A DNA stretch of 63,614 bases, filler included, from Octopus bimaculoides (lineage: Eukaryota): NCBI RefSeq assembly GCF_001194135.2. It is 7 parts of 6 records of this genome, joined end to end, with 100 filler letters (N's around TTAATTAATTAA, not from the genome) between each part and the next. Parts side by side here need not be neighbours in the genome. Positions count along the whole stretch, not along the records: positions 55,903 to 61,330 come from NC_069005.1; positions 61,431 to 63,614 come from NW_026371311.1; 5 more parts are not named here. One strand, 5' to 3'. The position numbers and the translations under genes are program-made. The first letter of the stretch is position 1; the number at the start of each line of letters is the position of its first letter. Positions 60,065 to 63,614 of this stretch are shown piece by piece. The notes beneath the pieces were generated by a model. The model did no database searches, was not told where the DNA came from, and saw only the letters and a list, made by a program, of their open reading frames with translations.

Positions 60065-60378
60065 TACACACCACAGTCCCACAACGCTTCTATAACCCAC
60101 ATTTTGCATTCACCTCGTCCCAATACATTGCACTTGATCTTACTATTTTCCTCCATCAGATGATTCAGTCCGGCTCCCTTTGCTAAAGACCTGCAGTTGT
60201 AGGTACATATGGCAAGGTAAGTCCTTTTCCGTAGCGGTTTCAGGGTACCTGAGATTCTTAGTACACTCTCACCTCTCGGATTGCGCCCCAGCTGGAGCGT
60301 AGGGGAGTGAGGCCCGTTTTCTAATGCTGTTTTAGCCGTTGAGTGACACTACCACCGTTGGCTAGGCAGGCAGGCCAT
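60065..60378 (-). mobile_element. RTE-type LINE 5' end (5' UTR plus start of APE)
   Basis: LAICTYNCRSL.....LNHLMEE.SKIKCNVLG.GE starting at 60216 matches the APE motif-I region. Confidence 0.7.
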
Positions 60379-60679
60379 TCACGTCTTCAGTTTAGTTGGC
60401 CTAAAAAGAAAAGAAGCAACAAGTACTGGAGTCCCATTTGTTCGACTGAAACCCGTTAAGGTGGTGTCCNNNNNNNNNNNNNNNNNNNNNNNNNNNNNNN
60501 NNNNNNNNNNNNNNNNNNNNNNNNNNNNNNNNNNNATACATACATACATACATACATACATACATACATGCATACACACACATACATACATATATATTAC
60601 ACATACATACATATCTAATGAACAAGAGACAGCGACACATCTGGTGTTTCAAATTACAACTGAAAATGTATTTACCCTT

Positions 60680-60880
60680 TTACTCTTTCATTTGTTTCAG
60701 TCATTTGACTGCGGCCATGCTGGAGCACCGCCCTTAGTCGAAGAAATCGACCTCAGGACTAATTCTATCGGTCACTTTTGTCGAACCGCTAGCTAACGGG
60801 GACGTAAACACACCAGTATCGGTATATATATATATACGACGGTCTTCCTTCAGTTTCCGTCTACCAAATCCACTCACAAG
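60680..60880 (-). mobile_element. Composite SINE C plus short (TA)n plus D
   Basis: D 60680-60822, (TA)n linker, C 60836-60880. Confidence 0.72.
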
Positions 60881-60889
60881 GATTCGGTA

Positions 60890-60916
60890 GATAGATAGAT
60901 AGACAGACACATAGAC

Positions 60917-60991
<75 letters not shown>

Positions 60992-61020
60992 CAGACACAT
61001 AGACAGATAGATAGACAGAC

Positions 61021-61083
<63 letters not shown>

Positions 61084-61100
61084 CAGACAGACATAGACAT
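60890..61100. repeat. Compound (GATA/GACA)n microsatellite with a duplicated interruption
   Basis: GACAGACACATAGACAGATAG occurs twice within (GATA)n. Confidence 0.9.
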
Positions 61101-61289
61101 ACGTTGGGATCGGTAACATTGTTGGAAAATGATACTTCCTAGATGACCATTGTGACGGTGAATATGTGAAAACTAAGAACAAAAGACACCGTTATTTATA
61201 TATGAACAACAGCAGGAAAAGGGCGCGCTTTGCCTTTCTCTATGTGAGAATGTGAGCAACTGTACCTGCACACAGGTAATATATACATA

Positions 61290-61330
<41 letters not shown>

Positions 61331-63614
61331 NNNNNNNNNNNNNNNNNNNNNNNNNNNNNNNNNNNNNNNNNNNNTTAATTAATTAANNNNNNNNNNNNNN
61401 NNNNNNNNNNNNNNNNNNNNNNNNNNNNNNACAAAAACGAGTGAATTGCGTAAACAACGAGAAAAAATGGAAAGCAGGGCAAGTTAACAGAGAAAAAGGA
61501 CCCTTCATCAGTTGTTGGCTGTCTATCTTCTCCTGATTTCGAGCAGTCAACGACAGTATGAACCTTCAAAGACAGATGCTCCCATAAAATCTAAAATAAA
61601 ATTTAGGATTTATGAGGGTCAAAGTTGGGAACCAAAAAATTACAGCGGGGACTTACAAGGAAATGGAAAGAAAACAGACATGGGGGGTGGCGTTAGACCG
61701 GAACGAAAGATGAATAGTGAACGCTAGGAGACGGACATACGATTTCAATATCGCAGGAGAGAACTGCAAGAAGTATTCATCTGGCCGAGTCAACCGGAGG
61801 AAGATCTTGAGGTAGACCAACTGCATGATGATCGAAGAATATTCGCAGTTTCCTAACTTTATTAGGAAGCAGATACCTGAAGAGAGTTAGACCCGTGGAG
61901 ATATATTTAGCATTACCATTTAGGAAAAACATGTTTGTATACATTTCCGACTCCTACTCTGATGATGAGAACATGAATCAAACCATTTGATGGCGTCATG
62001 TGATTCGAAAACTGTCGCAGAATATGAAATAAGACTTATACTAGCGACAAAGCTTCAGACCGACAGTATTTTATTTTAATTTAATTTATCGATTATATAT
62101 CACAGAATATTATATAATTATATTTATTGTATTTTATTGATTATTTATCCATTTCTGTGTTCACAAATTCATAGGTTTGCTTCATAATGTTTTTCTAACC
62201 GTGTATTCCGATCTACTAGCTGCAAGGTATATATATGTGGGTGGATGTATGTGATGTATGTGTACATATGCCCATAAATACACACACACACACACACATA
62301 CATACATACATATATATATATATTAATGTTTTTCTGTCAAGTTTTATATAAAAGTAATTTAATATTAAACCAGAGGATTACTCATTACTTTATATTTTTT
62401 TCCTTGAATAAATATTTACTTTTTCATGTAAAAGATTTATAGTGACTTCGAAGCTTTGCCTTACCACTGCACTCGGTGATGACGGCAGGAAATCCGAAAT
62501 TTCGAAGAACCTAACCCTTAAATGTATGTATGTATGTATGTATATATATATATANNNNNNNNNNNNNNNNNNNNNNNNNNNNNNNNNNNNNNNNNNNNNN
62601 NNNNNNNNNNNNNNNNNNNNNNNNNNNNNNNNNNNNNNNNNNNNNNNNNNNNNNNNNNNNNNNNNNNNNNNNNNNNNNNNNNNNNNNNNNNNNNNNNNNN
62701 NNNNNNNNNNNNNNNNNNNNNNNNNNNNNNNNNNNNNNNNNNNNNNNNNNNNNNNNNNNNNNNNNNNNNNNNNNNNNNNNNNNNNNNNNNNNNNNNNNNN
62801 NNNNNNNNNNNNNNNNNNNNNNNNNNNNNNNNNNNNNNNNNNNNNNNNNNNNNNNNNNNNNNNNNNNNNNNNNNNNNNNNNNNNNNNNNNNNNNNNNNNN
62901 NNNNNNNNNNNNNNNNNNNNNNNNNNNNNNNNNNNNNNNNNNNNNNNNNNNNNNNNNNNNNNNNNNNNNNNNNNNNNNNNNNNNNNNNNNNNNNNNNNNN
63001 NNNNNNNNNNNNNNNNNNNNNNNNNNNNNNNNNNNNNNNNNNNNNNNNNNNNNNNNNNNNNNNNNNNNNNNNNNNNNNNNNNNNNNNNNNNNNNNNNNNN
63101 NNNNNNNNNNNNNNNNNNNNNNNNNNNNNNNNNNNNNNNNNNNNNNNNNNNNNNNNNNTTATATATATATATATATACAGGTATACGTTCTATAATTTTT
63201 CATATCAAGAAACACGAGTTAAATATTGAATGAATGGGAAGCTAATTCTTTAATATAAACTGCAACTGGAGGGGAATAAAAACATTCTGAATGAGAAAAT
63301 ATGAATAATTAACGTTGTGTGTAGACATTTGGAGAATGATTAATTGAAAAAAAATATGGCGGCTAGACAACGAATAAAATATCATACATAACAAATGTAA
63401 TAGTCACATTAATGTAAATGGGAGAAATATATGTATGTGTGTTTATGTGAGCATAAAAATGTACAGATACATAAGTAACATATAGGTGTATGTCTATAAA
63501 TATACACGCGTATATATATATATATACATATACATATACATACATATGTGTGTGTCAGTGTGTACGACTTTATATTTTTATATTTATTATATAAACATAT
63601 GCATAGATACATAT

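Overview
This is eukaryotic, AT-rich, repeat-saturated DNA with about 8 kb of N gaps, most of them flanked by microsatellites. The SINE families, microsatellite load and TTAATTAATTAA scaffold linkers are consistent with a draft octopus (coleoid) genome; that is an inference, not a database match. I can support no host protein-coding gene, so the window reads as intergenic DNA or a very long intron. It is a graveyard of decayed mobile elements: a Tigger/pogo transposase, mariner ends, a hAT MITE with TSD, an L1/Tx1 LINE (ORF1 plus endonuclease, a separate ORF2 piece and a 3' tail), RTE and CR1-like LINE fragments, a Ty3/gypsy pol fragment abutting a Penelope-like RT, Helitron pieces, and dozens of copies of about five SINE families (labelled A-E here for convenience). 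The most interesting leads are: a SAP-domain ORF next to a 63-bp (21-codon) repeat; an L1/Tx1 family whose junctions sit in (ATT)n tracts; a SINE trimer inside one 16-bp TSD; several hammerhead-like cores, including a highly structured 255-bp insert in a (CTAT)n array; a Helitron with 23-aa STPR-like repeats missed by the ORF track; and a few unique islands with exon-like signals. Most long ORFs in the supplied track are artefacts of N runs and microsatellites. Element boundaries are read by eye and are approximate unless a TSD or TIR is quoted.
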